Shown: positions 11,101-23,665 of the stretch, piece after piece
How the letters are laid out: every line of letters begins with the position of its first letter
Numbering within the stretch: position 1 is the first letter of the stretch
Assembly (NCBI GenBank): GCA_022813965.1
Contig: JALDZS010000014.1
Coordinates: 124,001-188,000, forward strand
Reading direction: 5' to 3'
Length of the DNA stretch: 64,000 nt
Source of the DNA: Toensbergia leucococca
Taxonomy: Eukaryota
Made by a program: the position numbers and the translations under genes
Notes under the pieces: model-generated
What the model was told of the DNA's origin: nothing
Seen by the model: the letters and a program-made list of their open reading frames with translations, nothing else
Databases searched by the model: none

Positions 11101-12408
11101 CAGTCTCGCGATGCAAAGCTATATGATGAGGATACAGGAGAAAGACTTTACTCGAAATTCGAAATGCCAGGCTTCGATGAGAATGAGGCTGGAGATGGGA
11201 ACGGCGTGATAGAGCGACTTTTTGCAGAACTCGTACTTCCCATGCTCATATCGGCAGCCAAGCCCCAGCAAGACCAGGCCTCAGACAAGCGGTCGTTGAA
11301 GAGTAACGGTATTCCTACAAGTCTTGAGCATGTCGGAGTGGTCACGACTGCCGAGGAACTCCCTCTTCCTTCACAACACAGTCTTGCAGACGAGTCGAAC
11401 GAGACAACTCTTGCAGGCGAATACCGCGACGATAATGATGACTATCGTAAAGATGCCTCAATGATCATGAGAAAAAATGGCTTCGAATCTAGTGATGGCG
11501 TCAATCATGGCGAAGAGCTAAGACTTCCTCAGAGCTCTGTGTCTCGTGAAGTACCTGCAAGCACTGAAGAGACAGGACGGTCTAAGGCTCTATCGCCAGG
11601 ATTCAATGGATTCAGCTCCAGTCCACGCAACGAAAAGTCGAGCAACAATGAATTTTCACTGCTGATACAAGATGAAAGCCCGACGCTTCCATCCGTCATT
11701 GTCGAGTCGCCTGTGGATGTTCCTGCTGAAGGCGCGCGTATTTCTAGCCCTCAGGCCGATCTTGCTACCGGCTTCACTGCAGACGAAGGCTATAGCCTGC
11801 ACTCAAAGATTGAGGATGATGATACGACATGGGATGAACCTGAACAGCTACCAGAGCTCTCGAAATCCAGAATCCGAGCTGAGACGGAACCTGTTTCAAA
11901 GCTCTCTAACTCCCGACGCACTATTTCTCAGGCTTCTCGAGTTTCAAAGTCGCAGCCTCGAGACTTTGAAATCAATAGAGTCTCCTTGGATGGCGCAGAT
12001 TCCGATTCCGACTTCCCAACCCTCGAAACCATCTTCTCCAATACACAACGGTCCCTCTCGTCTCCACTCTCCGAAGACGAAGAACCGCTCCCGTCCCACC
12101 GAACGGAACCCAAGGGTAAATTGCCCTTCTCACAGAAAAAGTCACAAATTTCGAAATTACCCGTCTGGCCTGCTTCCGAAGAAGACGAGGATGTCAAGTA
12201 TGTTCCTCCTACTTCTTCACAAGCGCCTATAAAGTCCCAGATTGTGGACTTGACGCTCTCGAGTGATCCGGTAGATCCAACCAGTATTGAGTATGATGGA
12301 TTTGGGAGTACCTTACCGAGTGGGCCGGGGTGGGTGAGAAAAGCACGTGATCATAGAGGTGGGAAGAAAAATGGAATCGGTCAGGGAAGAAAGATAAGGA
12401 GTATGTAA
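8135..12408 (+). CDS. Large, mostly disordered nuclear protein, probable coilin/Mug174-like, 3 exons
   Basis: Exons 8135-8391, 8451-9327 and 9421-12408 splice in frame. N-terminus MRLRLTVQRHGLPP..VLW..TVSQLLEQI..LKEDDEVSLRPL. Ser/acidic and Lys/Arg tracts in the middle. Tudor-like GAIVAFKEVEM..WQPKVSEYRTAII..SKFEMP..FAELVLPML near 10930-11250. The gene model is confident; the coilin identity is inferred. Confidence 0.8.
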
Positions 12409-12763
12409 GGGTGCTAGATTCGAAAAGGCGGAATGATAGGTTCCTCCGGAGGTGGAAAGGGAATGATTTTGCTGAAAGGGAGGTCAAACTACGGTGAAGA
12501 TTTATCATTCCGGCACTGGCTTTTCATGGCATGATTAGATGCAGAGTACAATGGCTTTGAAAGAGAGTGATGTAGCAGGCCTCGCATGAATGTTTGCCAT
12601 TCACACCTGGCAACCTACTTTGATAGTGTACAAATCAGTTGCTTCTGATTGGCTGCTTATTCACCTTACCTGGTGATGACATTACATTTACTCGTACGGA
12701 TACGGATACTCCCTCATGAACCCTTAATCCAAAACTCTCAATCCTTTCCAAATTGTCTCTTTC

Positions 12764-14624
12764 ATGCCATCACCTCCATCCTTTCTCTTCGTATCGCTTC
12801 GACTTTTGACTCGTAGACCAGTCCAGCTGCTCAAATTCCAGACCTCAGCCTTTACTACATCACGAACAATCATGGCTCAAGAATACAAAATCAAAGGCCT
12901 CTCAGCTTTAGATCTGAAGAGTGGGGAGAAGAGAGAAGTCGAGGTCGATGGCATTGAGAACGGCAAAGTCTTACTCGTCAATTCTGGGAACAAAACCCAT
13001 GCCATGAGCCCCAATTGCACCCATTATGGAGCGCCTTTGAAGCTTGGAGTCTTAACACCTGACGGAAGGCTAACATGTGCATGGCATGGAGGTCAGCAAA
13101 GAGCGCCGGCTCGAATGGACATCTGCTGATAGTAAACTTTCAAGCCTGCTTCAACGTTGCAACCGGTGACGTCGAGGATGCCCCGGCCCTCGATCCTCTT
13201 GCCAAATTCGAGATTGTGGAAAAGGGCGGAGCTGTGTACATCAAAGGGGATGAAGAGACCATCAAAGCGAGCAGAAGATCACCGAACCTTAAGTGCTCTG
13301 CCCAAGGGCAGGAAAAGGTGGTCGTCGTGGGAGGGTAAGTCGAACTCAATATGAGCTCTCTCTAATGATACTAAAGTTCCGTTCTAGGGGAAGCGGAGCT
13401 ATAGGAGCTCTTCAAAGTCTCCGAGAACAGGGCTACAAAGGTGCGATCACAGTCATCTCCCGCGAGCCATACCTCCCAATCGACCGAACCAAGCTCTCCA
13501 AAGCTCTCATCGCCGACTCGTCGAAGATCCTCCTCCGCCCCCAAGAATGGTACGACTCCGCCTCCATCGAAACAATCTCCGATGACGTTTCGGGAGTAGA
13601 TTTCTCTAAAAAATCCGTGTCAACCGAATCCGGAAAATCCTACTCGTACACCAAACTCATCCTCGCCACAGGCGGCACCCCGAAAGCGCTCCCCCTTCCA
13701 GGTTTCAAAGACCTCGAAAACGTTTTCCTCCTCCGCACCATCCCAGACGTCCAAGCCATCCTCGCGGCCGTGGGTGAGGAGAAGGGCAAAAAGATCGTCG
13801 TCACCGGCAGCTCCTTCATCGGCATGGAGGTCGCCAACGCCCTGGCCAAAGAGAACAGCGTCAGCGTCATCGGTATGGAAAGTGCGCCACTTGAGCGTGT
13901 CATGGGCGCCGAAGTCGGCCAAATCTTCCAACGCACCCTCACCAAATCCGGCGTAACCTTCCACATGTCCGCCTCAGTCGACAAAGCTTCCCCCTCGACC
14001 TCCTCCCCCAAGTCCGTCGGCGCCGTCCACCTGAAAGACGGCACCGTCCTCCCCGCCGACCTCGTCATCCTCGGCGTCGGCGTCAGCCCTGCAACCTCCT
14101 TCCTTCAATCCAGTAAAGACCTCTCCCTCGAAAAAGACGGCTCCCTCCAATGCGACGAATCCTTCGCAGTGAAAGGCCTCAGCGACGTCTACGCCATCGG
14201 CGACATAGCCACCTACCCCTACCACGGCCCGGGCGGTAACGGTGCCCTCACCCGCATTGAGCACTGGAACGTGGCCCAAAACGCCGGCCGCAGCGTCGCC
14301 CGCTCCATCGCCCACCCCACGGCCTCGAAACCGAAACCCTTTATCCCAATCTTCTGGTCGGCGCTCGGGTCGCAGCTGCGATACTGCGGCAACACGCCCA
14401 ACGGGTGGGACGAGCTGGTGCTGCAGGGCTCGCCGGACGAGGGCAAGTTTGCGGCGTTTTATGGTAAAGGGGAGGTGGTTGTTGCGGTGGCGAGTATGAT
14501 GATGGATCCGGTCATGACGAAGAGTGCCGAGCTGATGCGGCGGGGGAAGATGCCCAAATTGAGCGAGTTGAAGGGTGGGACTGATGTGTTGGAGGTGGGG
14601 ATACCGAGTGAGGTGAAGATTTGA
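12764..14624 (+). CDS. AIF-like oxidoreductase: Rieske [2Fe-2S] plus FAD/NAD(P)H reductase domains, 3 exons
   Basis: Exons 12764(or 12872)-13091, 13145-13334 and 13388-14624. Rieske CTHYGAPL..CAWHGACF, VVVGGGSGA, LILATGG, GSSFIGME, VYAIGDIA, RIEHWNVAQNAGR. Confidence 0.93.
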
Positions 14625-15273
14625 AACTTCGGAATGTTAAGGGGGAGGCGCGGAATGGTTGATGGATGTCGTTTATGACTAGCATACGAAATCTCACATA
14701 GGTAGCTGGAGGGTTGCATGACATGATCGAAATTCTCCCCAAGTTCCACAAAGTCGAATGAAAGGACCACTCCACCCCCGCCCCCCATTTCCCCAAAACT
14801 CAAAACTCAGAATCTAAATCATTTTTTTTCTATTCCATCTCTCCCGGCCCCTTATCCCCCCTTTTTTTTATGGGTCGGTCTGGGATGTATATGAGCCGTA
14901 TATATAAGCCGTATATATATAAGCCGTGTATGTACGTGGGCCGTGTGGTGGGTCATATACATGTATATACGCCATTTCAGTCACGGCCTATGAGCTCGAA
15001 AAAAGGGGCGTCGACAACATATAGAGCACTCGTACCAGCAAGGTACCAGCAAAGCACCAGCAAAGGCACGAGCACCAACCACACCCGCCCCCTCTTCCCC
15101 ACCCCGCACCCGTCTCTTCTTTCCCCCCAGCCCCCCAAAAAAGGGACGAAAAATGAAGGAATGTTGACGATACTTTTCTTTCTGGGTGCGAGCTCGGGGG
15201 TAGGAAGCTAGGCATTTATTTAATTTTGTTGGGGTTTGGGGGGGTGGGGCTTCGCGATCGGGACGATGGCGGT

Positions 15274-15335
15274 GAGTGAGAGAGAGAGAGAGGGAGTGAG
15301 TGAGAGAGAGAGTGTGTGTGTATAAGTGAGAGAGA
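15274..15335. repeat. (GA)n/(GT)n compound microsatellite
   Basis: GAGAGA.. and GTGTGT runs. Confidence 0.8.
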
Positions 15336-15672
15336 CGGAAAAGGGGGTTTAGGAACGCAGGCAGTGAGTGCGAACACACATAATCCAAAGGTAAAAGCGT
15401 GAAAGGAAGAGGTGTGGATTGCAGGAATTGCCTGACACACCAAAAAAGTTAACAAAAGAGGAATGTAGCAAACGGGTAAGTATAGTATCTGCCTCTCAGG
15501 TAGAAAGGCTAGTGAATATACATCAGTGAGTACTAACGCCAAAGCAAGAGCTCATGAGAGCAAAGTCAGATACGCCATTAGCACCCCGCTCGCCTCACCC
15601 CATATAATCGAATTCTCATAATTGTCGGCAACATGGACGCGTAATGTCCATGTTCTGTATGTATCTCACGTC

Positions 15673-17425
15673 TCATGACCTATCAGGGAACAACCTCTCG
15701 TGACTACCAGAAGACTTGCTCGGAAGCGGCTCGGGTTGATTATAGTACTGTCTCGGCCCATCCACAGGTCCCACATCCACAGCCATGGCATCTTCATAGC
15801 TTGGCGGGGCTTCCTCGGGGAAGTCGCCGCCTGGCGGTGGAGGTTGCTGCTGCAGAGGCTGCTGCAGAGGCTGTTGCGACTGTTGAGGCGGTGGGAATGA
15901 AGGCCGGTTCGAGGGTACTCCCGTGAAGGATGGAGGGCTGGCGTTAAGGTTTGAATGCTGCCGAACGGGGCGATTGGCCATGGCGGTGAGGAGAGCTTGC
16001 GGTGGGGGAATACCGGAAAATACTTGGACAGGCATGTGGAGTGTTTGGATGTTGTGTTCCGGCTGGAAAATGTTAGTGGGAATGTGAAATTGGCCAAGGT
16101 ATTTGACATACGCTGATGTTGTTTGCAGAGCCCCATGCCAAGCCTACGCTGATATCCAGCGCGTAGCTGCGGCTTATATTGCAAGTGTCGAATGACGGAG
16201 CAACAGTATTCGGTAAAGATATTTGATTCCACAAACCTGCGTCCACTTCTATGTCTTTTCCCATCTCGGCCTCCGAATTACCCAAGGGAATATTCTGATT
16301 AGTGAGGCTCCGAATGACCCATCGCGTTCGCTCTGTCTTCTCTAGCACCTGGGCTCGGAACTTGGTAAAGCTTGTGAGTTCAATTTGCAATGAATGAAGG
16401 AAAATTGTCGCTGAGCTTTCATTGAGTTTCGTGACCAGTATTCGCAACGGCAAAGGACTGTTGCACGTTATGATGGCGGGATCTGGCAAACGTCCGTCGA
16501 TACTCACTCTTGGAGGAACCACTGGAGACTCCGGTTTCATGTCGGCAGACTTGCGGAAGAGTCCGTTCTTCCCAGCCGTAGGTACTTCGACTCTAAGTGT
16601 GAATTGGTGCTGTCGTCTAGCATAAGACTCTCTCGTATTCGCCGGTGGCCGACGTGGCTCAATGGGCAGAAACATGAACTCCGTCGTCTTAGCATTAGGG
16701 TCAGCTTCCGCCAGAGAGCTCAGTCTTGGTGTTGAGGACGCATGCCCTAATGAGAAAAGAGGGTTCTACTTACAGCCCTAAAGTTTTCCTTGTAAAACGC
16801 AGCTCGCTGAACAGTAACCTTGACATAGTAACGTATTTCTCCTTCGCCAGGGAAACCATTAAGAGAAGGTGGTAACGTCTGCTTCACGTGCCGATTGGTG
16901 TCTCTTGCTAGCAGGCCAGCCACATTGAAGTTTCCCCCCATACCGCTGTTGCTAGAGCAATCATTGTTGAAAGGAAGCTATATGGACAATTCTTAGGGAT
17001 CTAGCTGCAACTGGAAAGCCTTCAACAAAGTACCTTAAATTCAAAGGGATATTTGTGCTGGCCCGGCGGTAGGGTGTAGGAGGAATTGGGAGGCGTTGTC
17101 CTGACGAGCTCTACTGGAGGAAATACGCTCTTAACTTTGTAGAGTAGCTACTGGACTAATTAGCTGGATGTCGAGGCATTTCAACGTAGCTGACGGAGAA
17201 CTTACGCACTTTGTGAATCTCTAGTTCGACCTGCTCATTGCTGCGGCTAGAGTAGGCGTCTTGTACTGGAAAACCTATGAGCTTCGTTATACTCTCGCCT
17301 TCGAGTTTCACCACGATAGCAGTGATGGTCTCATCGCCAAGGAGGCTGAGATGGATAATTCCTGTGATATGATCGAGATTGGTGAAACAAGCATGTTGCT
17401 TGTTTAGCTGGATCCGGACTGACAT
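15673..17425 (-). CDS. Alpha-arrestin (arrestin-N domain) protein with C-terminal PPxY, 5 exons
   Basis: MSVRIQL..FTNLDHITG..IVVKLEGES..EIHK/LLYKV..YTLPPGQHKYPFEFK/LPFN..TLPPSL..EIRYYVKVTVQR/..FLPIEP..APSFDTCNISRSYAL/..EEAPPSYEDA, with GT..AG introns. Confidence 0.88.
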
Positions 17426-17827
17426 GGCTTTAAAGCACTGATCCGTCCGGATTCAGAATGTCTCCATCGATGTGCTCAGTGGAACTGGCTATGAGTAATG
17501 GCAATAGAAGCCCATGACGGTTGTTGCGAAGTCCACAAGCGGCCGTTGGATATGGAAGTTGTAGCCTGGCCGGGGCTAATTCCCTCGTTCCCTCATTGAT
17601 ACCTAGCACAGCTGAAAACACAGAACTTTACGTACACCATAGTCGATTGCTTGGAGTATCGAGGTCAAAAGACCCTTGAATACAGCAAAGTGATGCTAAC
17701 CACAAAGTAGGTTTGAATCATCCTTGTAAATTGGCATTCTTCGAAAGGCCTGAACATACACTCGGATGAACATGGAATTTTCACACTTAGTACATAGCTC
17801 CTAGCTGCACTCTGATGATATTCAATC

Positions 17828-18730
17828 CTAAACCAGCAGCACCTCATCTATCATCTTCCCTACAAGGTCCCGAAGCCTATCTCGGTTCCTTCTCTTGGTA
17901 CCCTTGTTTTCCTTCCCCTTCGCCTCAATACCATTCCTCTGCATCTCATTATTCTTCGCGTTAACCTCGATGCTCTTTTCCTTTCCCTTCCCTTTCAGCT
18001 TGATACCGTTGGCATTGCCTTCTCCCCCTTTGACCTCCTTCTCTATCGCTGGCCCCCCAAACCCACACCCGTGAATCATGAAAATCTTTCCTTCACTGCC
18101 ACCTCCGCCAACTCCGAGCACCTCCCATCCTCCTTCCTCCCCCTTCGGCATATCCAGTGCTAGACAAGCAGCTAAATCCTGCCTGCCCTTCTCGATGACC
18201 CAAATCCCGCCCCTCGGCCCATCGCTCACATGCATCAGCTTGTTGTTTTCCACTGCCCTCTCCACAACATCTTCAGCGTACAAATGGCGAGTCTCTTCTC
18301 GCTTCTCTACTGCCAATTTGACAAGAGCAGAGAACGCAGAACACTTAGGCGAGAGGAGGGTAACAGAGTGGGAGACATAGCCGTCTCTGTCGACAAGATC
18401 AATAGGTTCAGGAGGAATAGTGCCGCGAGGATAAGGTATGCGCGGATCAGTGCGAGAGGAGAAAGGTATGGTGAACTCCATGTTCTGGCGAGGATGAGGT
18501 TGGATAGCAGTGGTGTGCCAATCGGTGATACGTTGTCTGCGGTTTGACGGTCGACCTCGGTTCTCCGAAATGGGAGGAAGGGGAAAAGGATCACGTCTTA
18601 GATTTAATCTTGACTGGGTGCGATGTTGATAAAGGTCTGGTAGATAGTCGGAGGATCTGTCACGCCTAATTCTCCGAAATCTTTCGGGAGACCTTTCTCG
18701 TTCTAGCAGACCGCGAGCGTACGAAGCCAT
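17828..18730 (-). CDS. Hypothetical protein (300 aa)
   Basis: Intronless ATG ORF. Arg-rich N-terminus, a globular-looking centre (LMHVSDGPRGGIWVIEKG..CLALDMP) and a Lys-rich C-terminus. Family not recognised. Confidence 0.65.
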   Translation of the reverse strand: MASYARGLLERERSPERFRRIRRDRSSDYLPDLYQHRTQSRLNLRRDPFPLPPISENRGRPSNRRQRITDWHTTAIQPHPRQNMEFTIPFSSRTDPRIPYPRGTIPPEPIDLVDRDGYVSHSVTLLSPKCSAFSALVKLAVEKREETRHLYAEDVVERAVENNKLMHVSDGPRGGIWVIEKGRQDLAACLALDMPKGEEGGWEVLGVGGGGSEGKIFMIHGCGFGGPAIEKEVKGGEGNANGIKLKGKGKEKSIEVNAKNNEMQRNGIEAKGKENKGTKRRNRDRLRDLVGKMIDEVLLV

Positions 18731-18985
18731 CAGTGTTGACGGGCTTCTTAGCCTCGGATATTTCTGTTATTATCCACACAGCTACCAGCAAGCTTTGCAT
18801 ACGATAGATTTTGCGGTGTTAGTGAACAGGGAAAATCTACTTAAAGTGGTAGTCGTGGCCATGAGTCAGGTTTGCAATCAAAGAAGTCCTTCCAGCCAGC
18901 CAAAACATGAATTACTAGGACAATTGAAGAGTCTTACTTGAACAGCCGTCTATTTCGATCATGGCCAATCCAGGGTACAAGAACC

Positions 18986-21347
18986 TCATTCTCCCAATGT
19001 TTCTCGAAGCAAGGTCGTGTTTACGCTTAGAGGCTCGACATCACTCGGTGTCCTCACGGGTGGTCTAAAATCTTTGATTAATCCAGGCTGGTTGACGCCT
19101 GTGGCTCTCTGATCTATAGCATTCAGCGAGGCCTTGGCTCGAAGATTCCCTGTCGAGGTCATTGGAGTCACGCCCCATTTTCCCCAGACCCAGCCACCAA
19201 CGCGCTTACCAAGCGTAGGCTTATCTGCTGAGACGCCTTGCATGGTGGAATCGTTGGTGCTGGTTTCCCCAGAGAGAAGCGAACGATTGTAGCTGCTACT
19301 GTTGCGTTCTCGCCTTCGATATGTGGGGCGACCTGTGGCTGTCGCAGCACTTACAACAGGTTTACTTGATCCAGACTCCACAAAAGACGTTATTCCAAGG
19401 GGCGTTCGAGGAGTGAAGCCTTGGCCGCTAAAAATTCGGGCAGGGCGCTCACGCAATGTATGGATATCCATACCGGATATCGATAGTAAGCTGTCATGTG
19501 AGGCAGCTCGCCGCAGATTGGAGCGCACTTGATCCGTCTTAGAACAGGCCTGGTCAACGTCTCCCAGGGGAACAGAATCAGAAACAACAGAGTATTGTAT
19601 ACTTTCAACCTCTGGTTCTTCCACTATAGTAGAAGGAGAGAATCCAATACTCTCGGTCCTCTCCGAATTGTTGACTAAGTGGTTGGTATCTTCTGCAGCT
19701 TGAAGAATGCCAGATATACTTTGCGGCGGGACAAAGCGTACCCGCAAGGCTGCAGGTGCGGAATGTTTTCGGAGGGTCTTTGAACTAGAAATTCGACGTC
19801 GGGGGGACAAGGTAGGTGATGCAGAGCCGGTAGACTCTGGACTCGTTGGTCTTGACGACTCTAGATTGTCCGTACGATCAAATAGAGAGGGGCTTTTATA
19901 CATGGACTGCGGAGAGTTGGGCATAGAGGAAGAAACAAGAGTAGATTGGGTCTGCGAAGACTGCATCGACCATCGATTGGAGGAAGGTATCTGAGACTGC
20001 GGTGGGACTGTGACAGAAGTCTGAGACAGGATTGTGGCTGCAGATGAGGACGACGTAGATCGTAGGCGTCCCTGAGTCGAAGATGGTGTCCGGACACCAG
20101 ATGGAGTAAAGGCTCCATTCATGATGGTACCTCGGTTTTTCTTGGGCCTTCGATAGGCAGACACTCTTTCCCTTGCTATTGTGCCAGCTCTGCTAGAGCC
20201 ATGGTAGTGATGATGAACATGTAATTCTGGCACTGAACATATTGGAGGTTTCGCTTCTTGGTCATTCACCAAAGAAGTTGTTTGCAGACCACTGTTGACG
20301 TCTGAAACAGCGGGTTGATAGAAGACCATTTGCTCTCGTAGGTTCTCAACCTCATCATTCGAGTTCATTAACATCCCTCGTAGCTCAGTAATGCCCAACT
20401 GGAGGTTTGCATTGTCTTGTAGGATATCCTTAACAAAATGTGAAACCACAGTGTTGCCAGACTTGTCCACTCCGGAGCCTTTATCGGATACAGCGTCTCT
20501 CCGTCCCTCTCCGACACCCCCGAGCTCCTTCTTGACAGCCTTCTGCCTCTCCAAGCGCCCAATGACCTCCACATGCCTCTCACGCTCATCTCCTGTTTCT
20601 TTTTCCATCCTCTGCGCCTGCTCTTGCAAGTATTCGATAGTGCGCTCCGCCTCCTTCCATCGTTGCACAGCTGATCGTTGACCATCCTCGCTAGCATCAA
20701 GTTTTGCATGAAGGCCAGCTTGCTCTATCTCCATAGCCGATATCTGTGCCTCTAGATCAGACGTTCGTGCAGCAAGGATATTCAACCTCTGATTCTCATT
20801 GCGACTGGATTCAAGCGTTGCGGCTAGTGACTTGATGTGGATGTCGGACTCGAATACAGTATTATTCAGACCCTCAAGCTGGTCTAGAAGTCTTCGATTC
20901 TCTTCTATCATGCTCCCATTCACAAGTTCGAGACTTTTTTTGTCTTTCTCGAGATTGTCGATTGTTGTCGCCACCATGCCCAGCTTTCCCTCAGCTTCGG
21001 CCATGTATTCTTCATGGCGGGCGAGTAAGGCCTGAAGCGCGAAAGTCAGTGACATGATCTGAGCATTTGGTCACGGCCATGACCATAAAGGGGAGAGGAG
21101 AGGGATTGTCCTCTAACATGTGTGCACGTACCTGACCGATCTGTGCCGCGCTTCGGAGATCTTTCTCTAGGCCCCGCAAGGCTGCATTATTTTGTTCCAG
21201 GTATGCGCATTGTAATTGCCCACAGCAACAACGCGAAACTCGCTCGTTACGTGAAGGCATGTCGGGGGGAAATTGCGACAGCAGCGACTCCAGATTGGCC
21301 GAGGCTGAGGCGGAGTGGGGAGTAAGCGAGGAATGAGAATGATCCAT
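18986..21347 (-). CDS. Conserved fungal coiled-coil protein of unknown function, 2 exons
   Basis: Exon 1 21347-21132 (..RCCCGQLQCAYLEQN..LEKDLRSAAQIGQ) splices to exon 2 21031-18986 (ALLARHEEYM.., long coiled coil, VVSHFVKDILQDNANLQ, ELHVHHHYH, GGWVWGKWG). Confidence 0.85.
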
Positions 21348-22090
21348 GGTGAAGAGATGAGCTGTAGACCAGTCATTTTGAGGAGAGTCGTGAAACTCCA
21401 ACAGTCTACCCCCTCCACACCTCAGTCATCAAAACTGGGCGGGGAAGCCTGATAAGTAACGTATGGTGAGGTCATAGGGATTTAGCTTTTGCTTCGCGAC
21501 GCGGAATGCGCGAGTTTGATAGGTCCAGCCACATTCGTGAGAACGAAAATAAGCATCTCAGCTGTCAAAAGTGATAATACTAATAAGTGGCTTAATGTGT
21601 CCAATTTCCATGTTTAGGCTCCTTCTAAACCCCTTATGAAAATAATTCTTTCGCCGCGAGCCCTTGCCCTAGCCCTAAAATAGGTCTGCCTCAATGTCGT
21701 GGTCTCGAGATACAACATCTACCTCTTTCGACTCCATAGCTTAGCCAACAGCCGATCGTCGGCAATTGAGCCAAAACGGACAGACGGTCTGTCTGAATGG
21801 AACGAGAAATCGTAGAGCAATGAGAGGCATAGATAATGTTGGGTAACAACAGTCTCATCGCTGGCTGTGTGAAAGCTCGGGCGCCAGAATATTCTAGTTG
21901 CTACGCGCTGCTCAGTTCGTGATTTTTATGAGCAATCCTGTGATGTTTCGAAGGTTTCGTGTCGGATCATCCTTGCCATGCAAACGGTTTTCCGGAGATT
22001 GAGTCCAGCTCTCCAGCGTTGGATGAGGGCCCTCGGGCCTGGCAGCTTGGTAATGAGCTCCGTAATGCTCTCTAATGCTCCCTAATCCAT

Positions 22091-22386
22091 TCATTGTTCC
22101 CCTCCATTACCATCTCCCACATTCTGTACTCTCCTGAATTCTTGCTCCAGCGCACGCTGCATCTCAAAATCGGCCTGCCTTTCTTTTTTGACCCTCTGCT
22201 GCTCTATATCTCGTAGCACCCCAGCATGCATTGCCTACATAATATTTAGCCTTCAAACTGGTGGAAAGGAGAAACCAGGCTGTGATTTACGGCTTTCTCC
22301 GACTGCTGAGCGTAGTGAACAAATACGACGATTCCAGCAGTCACCACAGATGTCCCTGCGAGCGTAAGCTTTGCTGCTCTGGACAT
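22091..22386 (-). CDS. PET117: Cytochrome c oxidase assembly factor Pet117, 2 exons
   Basis: Exons 22386-22291 and 22234-22091 give MSRAAKLTLAGTSVVTAGIVVFVHYAQQSEKAAMHAGVLRDIEQQRVKKERQADFEMQRALEQEFRRVQNV.. Absent from the ORF track. Confidence 0.9.
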
Positions 22387-22576
22387 GCCGAGTAGGTTGG
22401 CGATAGATTCGGTGACAAAATAATGTGAAGCACTTGAGCGTTCAGCGGCGTAATCGAAACTAGAATACTCGGTGAAATGCTTGGCACTGACAAGGGCCTG
22501 TCTGAGCTACGTATGTACAATTCCACGACCAATCTTTAACAACAGTGTCCAATCCAGCTCCAGACAACCGCAAAAT

Positions 22577-23269
22577 ATGGTAACTCCCACTCAACAATAC
22601 CATCCACATTATCCCAACTTTACTAACCCACTCTCTAGTCTGCACAAAACTCAGCGGGCATTCAGACCCTCCTTGACGTAAGCCTCCAAGCTCCACAACA
22701 TTCGACCGCATCGATACTAACCCGAATCCCTGGGGCAGTCCGAGAGGGAAGCCCAAAAGATCGTTCAGAAAGGTACGCCAGTAATTCAAAATTCCAATGG
22801 TACCCTTATCCCGCTAATTTCACTCCAGCTAGAGAATGTAATGCCTTCCCTAGTCGCTGATCCCATTCCCTCTGACTAAGAATCCTCGTTATAGATCGTA
22901 CCAAGCGAGTAAAAGACGCCCGAAGCGAAGCCCAGAAGGAAATCGAGGAATACCGAAAACAAAAGGACGAGGAATTTAAGAAATTCGAAAAAGAGGTGTG
23001 TTTGCAGATTACCTTCGCTTCGGGGCGCGGGAATTTCGATCTCGGTGCCTGGATTTACATTGTGTAGAGACTAATAGAGCCATATGTAGCATACGAGCGG
23101 TAACAAAAAGGCAGAGGAAGATGCAAGTGCCGACGCCGATGATAAGTTGAAGGAGATCAAGGAGGCGGGAGGTAAGACTGGGGACAAGGTGGTTGAGGAG
23201 TTACTGAGGGTTGTTACGGAAATCAAGCCGGAGGTACCTGATCGAGTCAATGCGCCACCGCAGGCATGA
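22577..23269 (+). CDS. VMA10: V-ATPase subunit G, 6 exons
   Basis: Exons 22577-22579 (ATG only), 22639-22677, 22739-22772, 22829-22837, 22895-22995 and 23090-23269 give MSAQNSAGIQTLLDSEREAQKIVQKAREYRTKRVKDARSEAQKEIEEYRKQKDEEFKKFEKEHTSGNKKAEE.. Absent from the ORF track. Confidence 0.95.
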
Positions 23270-23665
23270 ATTGCCTGCTTCCAGAAATGGGATGTCTGTT
23301 CAATATACGTTCCGTATCAGAACTTGATAGAATGACTGTACTTGTCTAGAGTCGCATTTTCCGAAAAATTGTATCATTTTGGTTTACTCCATAGGGCGCC
23401 GACGAGGCTGGAAAGGTGATTAAAATACAAAAAATGCATCCAGAACAGACACGCATCACTAGATAATGGTAATCGCATGTCCTCTAAATCCCTTAAATCA
23501 TAGCCCTTTGAAATTCCGACCCTTATTCTCAAACCAAAGAAATAAGTGCTTCCCGAAAGCCTTGAGAATCCTCCTGCATCCGTAGTTGATAGCCGAAGGC
23601 TTAGCCTGAACGGTTGAGAATAGCTCATGGAGAACTCTATTGATCGACACGAACCGAGCAACACT

